Shown: positions 13,217 through 25,229, counted from the first letter of the stretch. The stretch: 64,000 bases of DNA from Gnetum montanum (GCA_015680685.1 MNCI01003374.1:124001-188000), one strand, 5' to 3'. Notes: a model not told the origin generated them from the letters alone. Numbers and translations: made by a program.

Positions 13217-13824
13217 ATCAGCTCATGCAGAAGGTCGAGAGTATTCTGGTGTTCCTCTGTGTCCATGAAGTTGGTTGCCTGCTAGATACCCTGCATGGCT
13301 GCCTGCCGTCTGTTTCTGTCCTCATGGGAGGTGCTGGCGTCGGGGTGGCAGTGCGCCAAGGTTTGGCGGATGTATCTACGAAGCTCGTCCCATGAACTCT
13401 CGCAACTGATACCTAACGTAAGGTACGGGCAACGTCCCCCACGTAACCACTGTCTGGCGTTATGCTCGTGGGCACGATCTAGCTGATGTTGTCTCTGCTC
13501 TTCCTCCTCCAAAAGCTGGGCGCGCTCCTCCTGCTCTGCCTGCTCTCTTTGTCTCCGGGTTTCATCCTCCTGCGTGAGCTCCTCCCGCACCTGGGCTCTG
13601 ATTTCATTGATGAGCCGTGCCCTGGCAGCGTCCGCCATAATGTCCTGCTGTCTAGCCCGTTCTTGCTCCCTTGCCTGGAACTGGGCTTCCAACTTGCGGC
13701 GGGCCTGGGCAAGGGCCTCCGTCCACTTCGCCTCCCATTCCCTCCTTTCTGCCTCTCTGGCTTCCTCCGCCACCCTCTTTCGTTGTTCCTCATTCCAAGC
13801 GGAGGTTTCAGGGGGGCCAGACAT
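13217..13824 (-). pseudogene. LINE cargo part 2: coiled coil + DnaJ/Hsp40 J-domain (HPD at 13339-13347)
   Basis: E/R/Q/A-rich helix of about 120 aa, then CPYLTLGISCESSWDELRRYIRQTLAHCHPD...AAMQGI*QATNFMDTEEHQNTLD, collinear with the J consensus DPYEVLGV..AS..EIKKAYRKLA...HPD...FQEINEAYEVLSDPEKRAIYD. Confidence 0.85.
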
Positions 13825-13829
13825 TTCTG

Positions 13830-14633
13830 GGGGGGCGGGGGTAGACTGGTCCTGTCGCGCGGGGGGATGCCGCTCCCTCGGGGCCCTACGGCCCCACGTG
13901 ACGCCAGCACCCCAAGGGCCCCAACACTCTGCCCCCCCAGTGGCCTAGGGGGCATCTTGACGAGACCCCCCGGGGGGGGGGCAGAGGAGGAGGGGTGCTG
14001 CCCCCACTCTGCCCCCCACCACAGAGCCAGAATCACTCCTGAGTGACGACCCCGACGCTTGAGGCGAAGGGCTTCCTTAAAATAGCGGGGGAGATTGACC
14101 TGGCAGCCTGTTTTGAGGCAACAGAGAGAGGTGAAGTGCATGCCCTGTAGCTTGGATCCGTTGTCGGACTGGACAAAGAACCTGTCGACCAGGTCCACAC
14201 CACGTGCCCAAAGGCGGGGGAGGGCAGATCTAGGCACCTGCCTGCTCTTCGTCCTGGGGATTGGCCCGTTAAAGAACAGCTCCGCGTCCTGGAGGCCGTG
14301 GGTGGAGGGCAGGATGGTCTCCCCAGCGATGGGGGCCCCCAGACAGTTGGCAATCGCTGCCTCCGTCACCCAGATCTCCTGCCCCCGGAAGAAGGTACGG
14401 TCGTTGACCCAGTTTGAGAAGAAAGCATCATCGGCCAAATTTGGGTCCCCCACCAGTCGCTGTAGTGGTACAACCCACCCACATTGAACCACCAACTGCC
14501 AGAGCTTCTCGAATTCCTAAAAGGCGGCGTAGTCTGGCTCGAATGTGGGCGTGGTTCCCATGGCGCTTTCAATTTCTTTCTACGCGATAAAGGCCTGCCA
14601 GACCAGTCGCTGTGGAGGGGGGCACCGCTGCTG
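13830..14633 (-). pseudogene. LINE cargo part 1: putative plant transposon protein (Transposase_32/PF20167-like) segment + Pro/Gly-rich linker
   Basis: QCGW...DAFFSNW...FRGQEIWVTEAAIANCLGAP...LCCLKTGCQVNLPRYF fits the family pattern GW..EFYAN..VRG..I....IN..LGLP..INLG. Recognised by eye. Confidence 0.6.
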
Positions 14634-16340
14634 TCAAAAAATGAAATTATTTTTGGCCTTCCACGCTACCCAAAGAAGTAGTGTGGCCCAGGAATCACCG
14701 GTCAGGCGTCTCAGGGGGGGGGGGCACTGCCGCCGTGTGCCACGTGTCGCGCATGCAGGGGCAGTCGTAGGCGAAGTGGAGGGTAGTTTCTGCTGCACCC
14801 CCGCATGTCGGACACGTGTCTGTGTCAAGCAGCCCGCGCCGCCTTAACAGGGCTCTGACAGGCAGCGCGTTGTGATGCAACAACCAAAGGAAAAATTTAA
14901 TTTTTTCAGGCAACCTTCCGCTCCAGATCTGCCGCCATGTGTCGCAGCGCGAATACTTTTCAGCCATGATGGCTCTAGGCTCGAGGTTAGCCCAACCCGA
15001 GGCTTGCATGTCACGCACGTGTCTGGCCACTGCCTGCCAAGATTTAGAGTCCCGCGCCGTCGTGTCCCTGCGGACATATTTATTGCGGATAATATTAATC
15101 CATGGGACCGGGTCCTGATGCGGTTGTGAGAGCCGGAGAATGAGCCGTTGCCGCCCCAACATCAAATCGTCCTCGAACGTCGTGATGCCCAGGCCGCCTG
15201 TGCTGCGTGGGCGCGCCACTTGCTCCCAACGGACCAAGTGCAATTTGCTCCCCCCTCTACCCCCCCAGACGAAGTGACGAACCAAGGAATTGACGACATT
15301 AATGACGGTACCGGGGGGGGGGGCGGCCACCGCAGCCACGAAACGCGCGGTTGCCATGAGGATTCCTGCGGCCACCAGTAGGCACCCCTTGCGGCTCAAG
15401 AATCTGTTAGCCCAATGGCTTGCCCTTCGCTCCATCTTTTCCAGCAGATGACCCCACGCCATGGTCCTTCCCCACCGGAAAATGGGGATGCCCAGGTATG
15501 TGTCGCTAGGGGCCCCTGGCGGAATGGCCAGGGTGTGCGTCACCCTTGTTTTAATCTGCTCATCCACGTTAACGAAATAAGCTGTGGACTTAGCTCTGTT
15601 GACTTCCAGCCCCAGCTCAGCGGCCAATCGAGATAACGCCAAGTTTATGCATCGTGCTTGTGGGACCGCTGCCCTGCTTAGCAGCATCGTGTCATCCGCA
15701 TAATGTTCCGCCCGGCAAGTCACCCCGGCTATGCTAAGTCTGTCCACCCCGGAGGTACTGCAGTAATGTTGCATTAGATCCATGGCAATAATGAAGAGGA
15801 GGGGGGAGCGTGGGTCCCCTTGCCTCAGCCCCCTCCCTGGGGATGCGAGGCCCCACAACCGACCCCCCACATCAAAGGAGAACCCCGCCGAGGATTGCAG
15901 GTGGATGCACAACCGGGTGAATTGCGGGTCGAAGCCTTTTTGTTGCATGATGGACTGCAATGCTTCCCAACTAAGGGTGTCGTAAGCTTTCGTGATGTCT
16001 AGCTTGAGGCAGAGTCCCGGGAAACCCGAAGTCCCAAGCGAGTGGATCACCTCCTGCATGAGGAGGATTTGGTCCTGGATGACCCATCCCTGCACAAAGC
16101 CTGCTTGGTTCTTTCCCACCAGCTTGGGCATGAGTGGCGTAAGCCTATGCACCAATAGTTTCGAGAAGATTCGGAGGATCACGTTGCACACTCCGATAGG
16201 GCGAAACTGTTCAGGTCGTTGTGCATCAACTTGCTTCGGGATGCACACAATTCATGAGCAGTTTATCTCCCTACGGATCTGTCTCCTGGCCAGCATGAGG
16301 TTCAGTGCATCAAGCAGATTGGGGCCCACGATATCCAAGA
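14634..16340 (-). pseudogene. LINE ORF2: reverse transcriptase + zf-RVT (endonuclease lost by 5' truncation)
   Basis: FRPIGVCN, KLDITKAYD, GLRQGDPRSPLLF, YADDT, YLGIP, LHLVRWEQVARPRSTGGLG, CPTCGGAAETTLHFAYDCP. A frameshift in the G11 run (14714-14724) leads to WVAWKAKNNFIF. Confidence 0.95.
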
Positions 16341-17771
16341 ATGTTTAAGAAATCAGACCAATGGGAATAGACCTTGCTACCATGATGGCTCAAGGAATGC
16401 AACAATATCAAGCCCAACCTTTAGGCAATCAAAGTCAACAAGAATTAAGTCATCTAAGAAACCTTATCCAAGTGTTTATGAAGCTTAATCCTTTTAAGTT
16501 TTTAAGAGAAATGGATCTTGCTAGGGTGGAGGCATGGTTGAGTGACATAGAAAGAGTTATTAATACCTTGGGGTGTCTTGAAACAAAGAAGGAAACCCTT
16601 GCTATTTACATGCTACAAGGTGAGGTAAACTTATGGTGGCAAATAGAGATGGTCAAAATTGCTGATGTGGATAATCACACTTGAGATGAATTTATAGAGA
16701 TATTTAATGAGAAATATGTCACGTAGTTCTACCTAGATAAAACGAGATAAGAGTTCTTCTTTTTAATGCGGACTCCTAATTCTAGTGTTAGTGTTGATGA
16801 AGCTAAATTTGTGCAGCACATGAACCTAAGTGAGAGAGATAAGACTAATTGATTTATGGAGAGTTTCATTCCATCTTCCTTGTACATATACATGCCAAAG
16901 TCTAAATGTTTCAGCCTAAGACATTTGCAAAAGCACTAGAGAAAGCTAGGATCACCAAAGATGATTGGCAGAAATCTCAAGTTAATCACAAGTCTTGTTT
17001 GCTACCCAAGGGTCCAAGTTTCATAAATCATGGATAGCCAAGTCACCCAAGTAGGTCCAAGAATTTTCATAACAGTTTTAGAAATAGTGAATCAATACCA
17101 AACTCAATGAAGTAATAGAAATTAGAACTACCTCATGCAAAGACAAGGTAGTAATTATCCTATGGGAGAAGGTACAAATCAAAGTGTCAATATGGAATCA
17201 TCTTAAAGTCAAAAATGTTACATATGTGGACCTCATTTGAAGAGGTTTTGTCTAGAAAATCAGACCAATAATACTAGTCAAGCTAACCAGGGATCAATTC
17301 ACAATGTGTCACAATTCGTTCATCAAACTATGGGGAGACTTCAGGCTGTAGTTGAAAATCAAGGTGTGCAATTTCAAAATTTTAGCATAGAAGGGTACCA
17401 CTCATTGCTTTAGCTTACCTAGATTAGTGTTAAATGAAATCTAAGTTGTGTGCCAATAGAGGGGTGTATTGAGTTAGCCAATGGGTCTAAAACCAAAGTC
17501 AATAGGAAGGTCCAAGGATGTACATTGTTCCTAATTGGGGGAGAGTTTGAGTTGAGTTGGAAACAATTTCATATATTTTGGAACCTTTGACATGTCATTG
17601 GGCATAGGTTGGTAGCAATTATAGATCATAAGGGACAATTACTTATAGGTAAATGGTCAAGAAATAAAAATTCAAGGGGAACGTTAGACAACTACAAGGA
17701 ACTTGGTTGACATTAGGCAAATTAATAAGGAGCTTTGAAGGGGTAATCAAGTCTTCATTGTTTATTGCAAA

Positions 17772-19440
17772 TCAACAATTGTGGAAGATGATCAAAGTTA
17801 TAAGGAACATTTTTGCATATAGGAATGAAATAGGTCTATGTATCTCTTTTTCTATTTTTGCCCTATTTCTGTGATGGAGTAGTGTGCCCCACGCCAATCC
17901 ATGCTCGATTCTTATGGTGCCGACGTCGTTAGATGAGTAGAGCAGAGTAGTTGTTGAATTGAGTATTAGGGTAGGACTTTTCCTTGTGAATCGAGTCACT
18001 GTGATTCTTTGGTCGTATAGGACTTTTCCTTGTGCATGAGGGCTGATTGTTTTTCTCTCTTAGTTGCTGCTGTTGCTGCTACTACTATGTTGCTACTATA
18101 GTCATCGCTTGCAATAGTTGCACTTGCATCACACATACCTTTGTGGGTTGCACCATAGAGATTTTTTTTTGTTGTAGTGCTTTGATCCATTGCTTTCTAG
18201 TGAAGAGTTTTGTGGATGGTCAAAAACCCTAAGGGTTAGGATTTTCATTTTTGCATTCTCCTTCACGTAGTGCAAGCAAGGTAGCAACATTGCTTTAACA
18301 CAGTGGAAAGAAAGCAGCATGAACACCATGCCATAGCAAGGAGGAAGCATTTCATGTTTCGACATTTTGAAGACTTCATGGATTGTTGGCAGTTGAAAGT
18401 GGTGGTTCGTTGACTACATGCAATGTCGCCAGATCTAGTTGGTGATTCTTCAAGTGGTATCGTTGCTTCTTTGCCATTTTATGAATTGCCTGATGATTTA
18501 TATGAATCTATTACTCAAGAAGTTTTTGGAAGGTATGTTTTTGTGCAAATTTTGGATTATTTACCTCATTGCTCTAATTTTTTGAATCATTTGAATTTGG
18601 TTTGGAAAGATTAGGGTTTGGATGCCATTCATGTTCGTTATTTGTCTAACTCATTCCTGCTAGTAGAATTTCTTGACTTGAAGATGGTTTCTAAAGCCCT
18701 TCAATATTGGTATTTTTAATCATCATCATGCTATATTGATTATACGAAAGTGGACTTCTTTTTTTAACCTAGCATCTCTTGAATTTCGAAAAGTTCCTTG
18801 TTTTGCTGAATTGTTTAATCTTTCTTTAATTTTTGAAAAAGTTGAAAGGGATAGTCTCTCATATTGGGCTAGTCAAGTACTTTAAAATCTTAGTTATAGC
18901 TAGTGGTTTTTGTAGGACTCATTATATGATTGAAATAGATTTTGATTTTCTTAAGTGAGAAATTCTTATACATGTTGGCAAAATTGATTGTGTGCAAAAA
19001 GTTGTTTATCACAATCTTTTAAGTCATGTCACTATTGTCATCAAGAGGGTCATATGTTTGATTTATGTTCTATTATGTTGCAAAAAAGGCAATGCAAGCA
19101 CATCATCAACAAGTTACTGTCAATGTTTCTAAGGTTTCTTCTATTAATGTTAAGGATATTGCTAAAAATGTCTTTTCAAGTAAGGTTTTAAGGAATTTAG
19201 TTTTCAAAAATTTTTCAATGACTAAGGGAAAATGAGTATATAGTCCTAAGGTTTCATAGAATCCTATTGTTGATTTATATGGTTTTCAAATGATTTTTCA
19301 TAGTAAGAAGTGTCAAAGTAGTTTATCTATTGGTGAATATATGCCAAATCTTTAGAATGGTTAGCTTGCTCAGGTTTTTTTTCATTACAAACAATCCATT
19401 TACTACTATTTGTTAAAATATTGAGAATCAATTCATGTAT
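17772..19440 (+). mobile_element. Degraded LINE 5' part (UTR + ORF1, DUF4283-like and zinc knuckle) sitting where the Tekay RT should be
   Basis: 18423 onward: ..LNLVWKD*GLDAIHVRYLSNSFLLVEF..KALQYWYF (ORF1 RRM-like); CHYCHQEGHMFDLC (CX2CX4HX4C) near 19027. Boundaries approximate. Confidence 0.7.
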
Positions 19441-21282
19441 CGTGTCATTGTTAGCAAGCCTTATGTGTTCTACCTTGATGCATTAGGAGATGGCATGGGT
19501 TGTGTTTTAATATAAGATGATAGGGTAATTGCTTATGGTTTCCGCTAGCACAAAACTCATGAGAAGAATTACTCTACTTGTGACTTGGAATTAGCAGCTA
19601 TTGTCCATGCACTTAAAATTTGGTGTTACTATTTGTATGGAGCAAGTTTACAAGTGTGGATTGATCACAAAAGCCTAAAGTACATTTTCAAACAACAAAA
19701 CTTGAACCTAAGGCAAATGAGATGGATTGACTTCCTTAGTGACTATAATTTTGAGATATGTATCATGAAGGCAAAGGTAATAAGGTAGCTGATGTAGTAA
19801 GTAATTGAGGAATTTTAAAGGCCATAATGGAAATCAAGGATCAAATTCCATCTATCATAGCTAAAGCACAAATTGATGATTCCTTTTGTTAGAAAGTTAA
19901 GTCTCAAGTCTTAGAAAACCAAGAGGCAGAATTTTTCACTAGGGAAATGAAGTTTTAAGGTTTAAAAATAGAGGATATGTTTCTCAAGGTAATAACCTTA
20001 TAGAAAAGCTCATGTATGAATTTCATAATCCTCCTATAGCCGGGCATCTTTGTGGAAACAAAATGTATCAAAATATGAAGTTAGAATTTTGGTGGCTAGG
20101 AATGAAGGTAGATGTAGCATCATTTATTGCTAAATGTGTCACTTGCCAACAAGTCAAACTGAATATAGGCATCTAGCAGGCTTATTATGTTTTCATGATG
20201 TGCCCGAATTCAAATGGGATGTAATCAACATGGACTTCATTGTTTGGTTGCTAAGGTCACAAAGAGGAAATGATTCTATTATTGTGGTTGTAGACAAATT
20301 TTCTAAATCAGCACAAGAAAACTTATGCTGCAAAAAGGACAACAAAAATCTATATTAAGAACATCATTAGGTTGCATGGTGTTCTTTTAAAGATAATTTC
20401 TAATAGGGATACACTATTCTTCTTTAAATTTTGGAAAGAGGTTCAAAAGGCTTTTGGAACTGAATTAAATCCAAGCATTGCTTATAATCCCTAAACAAAT
20501 GGTCAAGTAGAAAGAGCAAATCAAAGGCTAGAAGACCCCTTGAGAGGTTGTGTTCTTGATAATCCAAGAAGTTGGGAAGACTAATTACCCTTGGTTGAAT
20601 TTACTTATAATAATTGCTGTCATAAATCTGTAGGCATAACTCCTTTTGACGTTTTGTATGGGAGGAAATTTTGAGTTCCCACTTCATGGAACAAGTTAGA
20701 AGATAAGGTTATAATTGGACTAGAACTACTTCAAGACATGGAACAAAAGTTGAGAATTATAAGGGAAAGGCTCAACTAGATAGACAAAAGAGTTATGCAG
20801 ATAAGAGATGAAGATCCCTAGAATTTGAAGTGGATGAGAAGTTTTTTCTTAGAGTTTCCCCCATGAAGACAATTGTTAGATGTGTAAAGAGATCAAAATT
20901 AACCCCAAGATTCATTGGATTGTTTGATATTTTGGAAAGAATTGGGCTTGTGACATATAGATTGGCTTTACCCCCTCAACTGGCAAACATGCACAATGTT
21001 TTTCATGTAAGTATGTTAACAAACTATATTTCAGATCTATCTCGTGTTTTGAATTGGCAACATATTCAAGTGGAGGTAGACTCTTCGACGATGGAACAAC
21101 TAGAGAGAATCCTAGATAGTCAAGTAATGAGGTTGTAAAATAGGGAGGTTTGTCAAACTCAAGTCAAATGGCAGAACCATGGAGTGCATGAGGTTACTTG
21201 GGAAATGGAGGATGAAATGGATGAACTTTACCATTTTTGTTTCTAGATTCTTAGAAGGCAATCTCTTTAAGTGGGGGAGTTA

Positions 21283-23892
21283 TGGAGTGCCCCATAGTTG
21301 TACATGTGACCTTAGTGCTCTATTAAATACTTGGACTTGGACTTATTTTAAAGCTTATACATATTTATAGATGTGCTTAATGCTTCTATGGTAATATGAA
21401 GACTTTTGATTGGGTGATACAAGCAAGTTTACTATTTATTTCTAATTTCTTTCTAATTATTTATTAATTTAACTATATATATATATATGATGAATGACCA
21501 TGACAAAATTTGACATTATTTTAGTACATACTATGAAACTAATGTAATGTGGATCCTTGGTTTATTTTGACATTTAGTTAGAATTTTAATTTATTAAATA
21601 TCTTATTAATTAAAATATGCCAAAAATTTAAGGTAGTTAGATCACACTCAAATTTGGTGGACTAACTTAGTTTTATATCTAGATTATAGATTTATAATTA
21701 GTTTTGCAATTTGAGGGATAGAGTTTGAAATTGTAATGTTAAATAATTAAAAATGTACATTGTGGGACCATTATTTCTTTAATTTAATTAAAATAGTAAG
21801 TTTTAACATGCTAGCTATGGCATGTTTGTGCTGGTTATGACTAGTTGACATATGTAAAATTTTAGATGTGAAAAACATTTAGTATGAATGAACTTTACTA
21901 GATAAATTATAGGAAATGTGGAAAATAGATAAAAAGCGAAAAATAAATTAGAAATCCTCATAGCTTATAAAGTAAAAATAACTAAAAATGTGAGAGATGT
22001 CCTAGGGTGGTGGTTCTCCTGGGGCCTCCCCATGGTTCGGGGGCCATGGAACACTTTGAGGTGCCCTTGGGTGACTCTCAAGTGTTAGAAAACCCATCCC
22101 AGCTTGGCGGTACCAAGTCAGCAGCAGGACACCCTCCTATTGCAACTCTCTCTAAGTTCTCTTCATTCTACCCTCACGTGGAGAGCTACATGGTCTTGAT
22201 TCTATGGTGGTTGTAGATATGTAGGCAACCAGGATTGGATAGTTCTGGTGCAGTGCCAGGCCACACCTTGTACTAGATCATGACAGATTTGGGGATGCGG
22301 CACCATCCCTTGTAGATGCATCGTTTCCTTTTCCACTGATGTTGTCTATAGGGTTGCTTGTGTGCTTGTTTGCATGGTCCTTGTTTGGAGTTAGTTATCC
22401 TCCTTGAGGTACGTTTTCATACACATAATAAGAAGCTGTGTTGCTGCTTGCACTCACTCTTGGCTTGCTGACTTGCTTGAGGTGTATTCCCTAGGTCTTC
22501 CGCCCTAGATCCATTGGATCTTAGTGAATTCCTTGGGGTGTCGGACAACGTCGGGGCAATGTTGTTACATAAAATGAACCAATAAAAGGTGGGGCCACAA
22601 GAAAAGTCAATGTGGGATGGTGATGTATGCTTTATGACATGCTTATGATGAAATACATTTTTTAATATGCTAATTGTCCACTTCATATTAATGGTTGGAA
22701 AAGGGACAAAGAACTCATTTAATAGGTACCATGTGATTCTCTTGAGCGTTGCCACTCTCACATGTCTACTCCATGAAAGCTTGCTTGTCCAAGTCAAGTA
22801 GTAATGATGCCATGAATTTAAAAAAAAGATTTTTGGTGAATGGGTTATCTCGTCTTTGCCCATTTTGTAAACATTTGTTTCCAAGTTTATGGCCAAGCCA
22901 TATGGTTTCCTTTATCCTATAAATAGAGCCTTTTGCCAAGCAAGGTGAGACTATGCTAGTTTAAGGTATGAAGAGTGAAGGAGAGTAGCTTTTCCTTACT
23001 TATTCTCAGCCATCTCTTGACTATTTTGAGTGGTCTTGTGGGCTCTTGGGAGGCTGACCTTGCTGCTGTTGTTGGAGGCTTTTGTGACTACTTTTTGGGG
23101 ACTGTTTGGCTGAGCCAAAGGACTGTTTTTCTTTGGCTCTGTGAGAGGATTTTTGCTGTACCTTGGACTTGTAGTTTGAATCTGAATTCTTGAGGCTACT
23201 AGTTGGACAACAACCCAAGCTTGAAGTATCTTCTTCCTCCCCAAATTGGCCAACTGAAACTCTAGCGGTGTGTTTTCTAAACCCTTGTTGTATAGAATCT
23301 TTTTTGGGTAGGTGCTTCTCGTATTGGCTTGGACAAGTGAGGATTATTTCATGATGGCATGTGGGATTTCTTGTAAGGTGTGGGTCATGCATGGACCCTT
23401 TCATAAGTCATGGATATCATTTTTGATATGCATGTATTTGGCTTATGAAATAGCCTTTTCTTTGGGTAATGTGCAGTTGGTATTTCATGTTTTTGTTATC
23501 ATTCTTAAGGAATGCCTCCCATCTTTCTATCCAAAGCTGGTGATCTCTTGTGTGGGCTACAAGGGTTTAGTTCTTGGAGGTGCTTGATGGTGTCAGCCCC
23601 CACCATTTTATTCAACCTTGGTGTTCTTCTGGTGTAGGCTACAAGATGTTGTAAGGTTGGAGGGACTTGGTGTGTGAGTTGAATGGCCAAAGGGTCCATT
23701 GAGTACTCATTTGAAAATAAAATAAAAATAAACTATGTATATTGATGATTTCTTTTTGGTGTCATTGCATAATGGAAAGTGAAGTGTACATGTTCTGTTT
23801 TGTTGAGCATTTTTGTGGTTTGTTTTTGTGGGGTTTCAAGAGAGCTTCCATGTCCCAGGTCATTGTTAAATAGTCCTTTATTCAAGGCTACA
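21283..23892 (+). repeat. 3' LTR of the Tekay-like element
   Basis: Starts TG right after the PPT, CCTATAAATAG near 22917, ends GGCTACA. End position inferred because no 5' LTR is available for comparison. Confidence 0.6.
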
Positions 23893-25229
23893 TTTCTTAC
23901 AATGTGAAAACATGAGAGACTGGAAAATTTAATAATGAAGATCTCAAAAGTTTGGGATCATGTTAATTCATTGTGGTGCTCAAGCTTGGTATAGTTAAGA
24001 TTTCATTTCCCTCATATCTTTTCAATATCGTGTTCATAGAATTTACTTTTTCTGTTTACTTAGAATCAGAGATTGATTTCATGTTTAGGATAGAAGCTAC
24101 ATTTTTTTAATGGCTGCCAACTTCTGGTTTCTGTTCTTAAGACAATCACCTAAATCTTTTCTCTGTTATATATATATTTTTAATGAAATCCTAGACTGAC
24201 TGTCCTTTATTCATGGGGAAAAATTGGAAAAACTGAAGCAGAGGCTTTTAATCATTTTGCTGTTATTTTATTTGAATTTATGTGCCTCATTGCCAGCAGT
24301 AACTTTAATTTTGTACATCATTTATAGCATGACTATATATAATAACTTGATTTTTCTTTCAAGTCATGTAAGGTCTTGCTAGGATCTCTATGTATGATAA
24401 AAGAAAACAAAAATAAAGTTTGCCCAAATTAAATAGTTGGTAATTCCTCATGTTTCAGCCACCATACCTAGAGAAATTGCAGAACTTAAAAATGCCTTAG
24501 GCTGAAGGAAAGCATTGCTAAATGCCCAGTTTCAGAAACTGTGATGATAACTAAAATTTCAGATTTATTCTAGGCTGTCATTTTCCACAATACTCAGATT
24601 TGATTGCCAAAAATTCAAGCCCTGCTTTCATACATTGTTTGCCCAATTTAGGATGCTGCAAATTGGAGAAAACATTGGTTGATTTTCACATGAGAAGCAA
24701 ACCTCTGTGTTGTTGATGTGTGAGCTAGTTCCTTATTTGGTGATTAAGAACTTACTTGAAATGCATAATTATCTTTTTTTAATTGTAAGTTGAGGACAGT
24801 GGATCTTGGAAGCTTGAAAGTCTCCTTTGAGCAAGTCTTTTAATGCATAATGAATGTTTTGTATATTTTGTCATACCTAAATTTTTCTTTCATGCAAAGT
24901 AAAATATTATTTATTTATTCCTGTTTTGATATGCTAACCCCATTTATTTATCAGCAAATATGTTTTTTTATTTGTGCAAAGAAAAGAAAGAAAATATACT
25001 TGTGATCATGTATGTTCATTTGCGTTCCATAAAATGAACCCACATGAATTATGATTAAAAGCCCTTTGGACCCTAGGATAAATAATTCACCTAAATTCAC
25101 AGTTAGTAATTAGGTGGATGATGCATATAATTGGTGTATCTTGTGTCAAACATGTAGTATTTTTAGGGATCATTAACTTAACATTTTAATAATAATATAT
25201 TTATCCATGTACCTTGAATGGATGGGTTG

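Larger units (their letters stand above)
12752..16340 (-). mobile_element. 5'-truncated L1-clade LINE with 3' cargo (Transposase_32-like + coiled coil + DnaJ domain), nested in Tekay gag
   Basis: Poly-T at 12752-12764, GC-rich body, RT and zf-RVT ORF, downstream cargo ORFs; N-gap 12999-13216 lies in the 3' part; no TSD recognised. Confidence 0.93.
12648..23892 (+). mobile_element. Degenerate Ty3/Gypsy chromovirus (Tekay/Del-like) LTR retrotransposon; 5' LTR not found, RT missing, two nested LINE pieces
   Basis: Gag starts MPPR (12648) and resumes at 16345 (FMKLNPFKF..VEAWL..LQGEVNLWW). RNase H ELAAIVHALKIW..DHKSLKYIF..RQMRW (19457-19790), integrase (about 20030-20680), SKLTPRFIG..HNVFHVSML, chromodomain VKWQNH..TWE (about 21095-21225), PPT TTTAAGTGGGGGAG. 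Confidence 0.9.

Noticed and set aside
12973-13266. 97-aa ORF spanning Ns
   Set aside because: Mostly an assembly gap; only the first residues are real and they form the end of the J-domain.
13282-13824. Interpretation as a host DnaJ gene nested in the TFCB intron
   Set aside because: Intronless, contiguous with LINE ORF2, upstream of the LINE poly(A), and a homolog occurs in a second LINE copy.
13295-16348. Many overlapping plus-strand ORFs (e.g. 13486-14046, 14095-14487, 15992-16348)
   Set aside because: Antisense shadows of the GC-rich LINE coding strand; no recognisable motifs.
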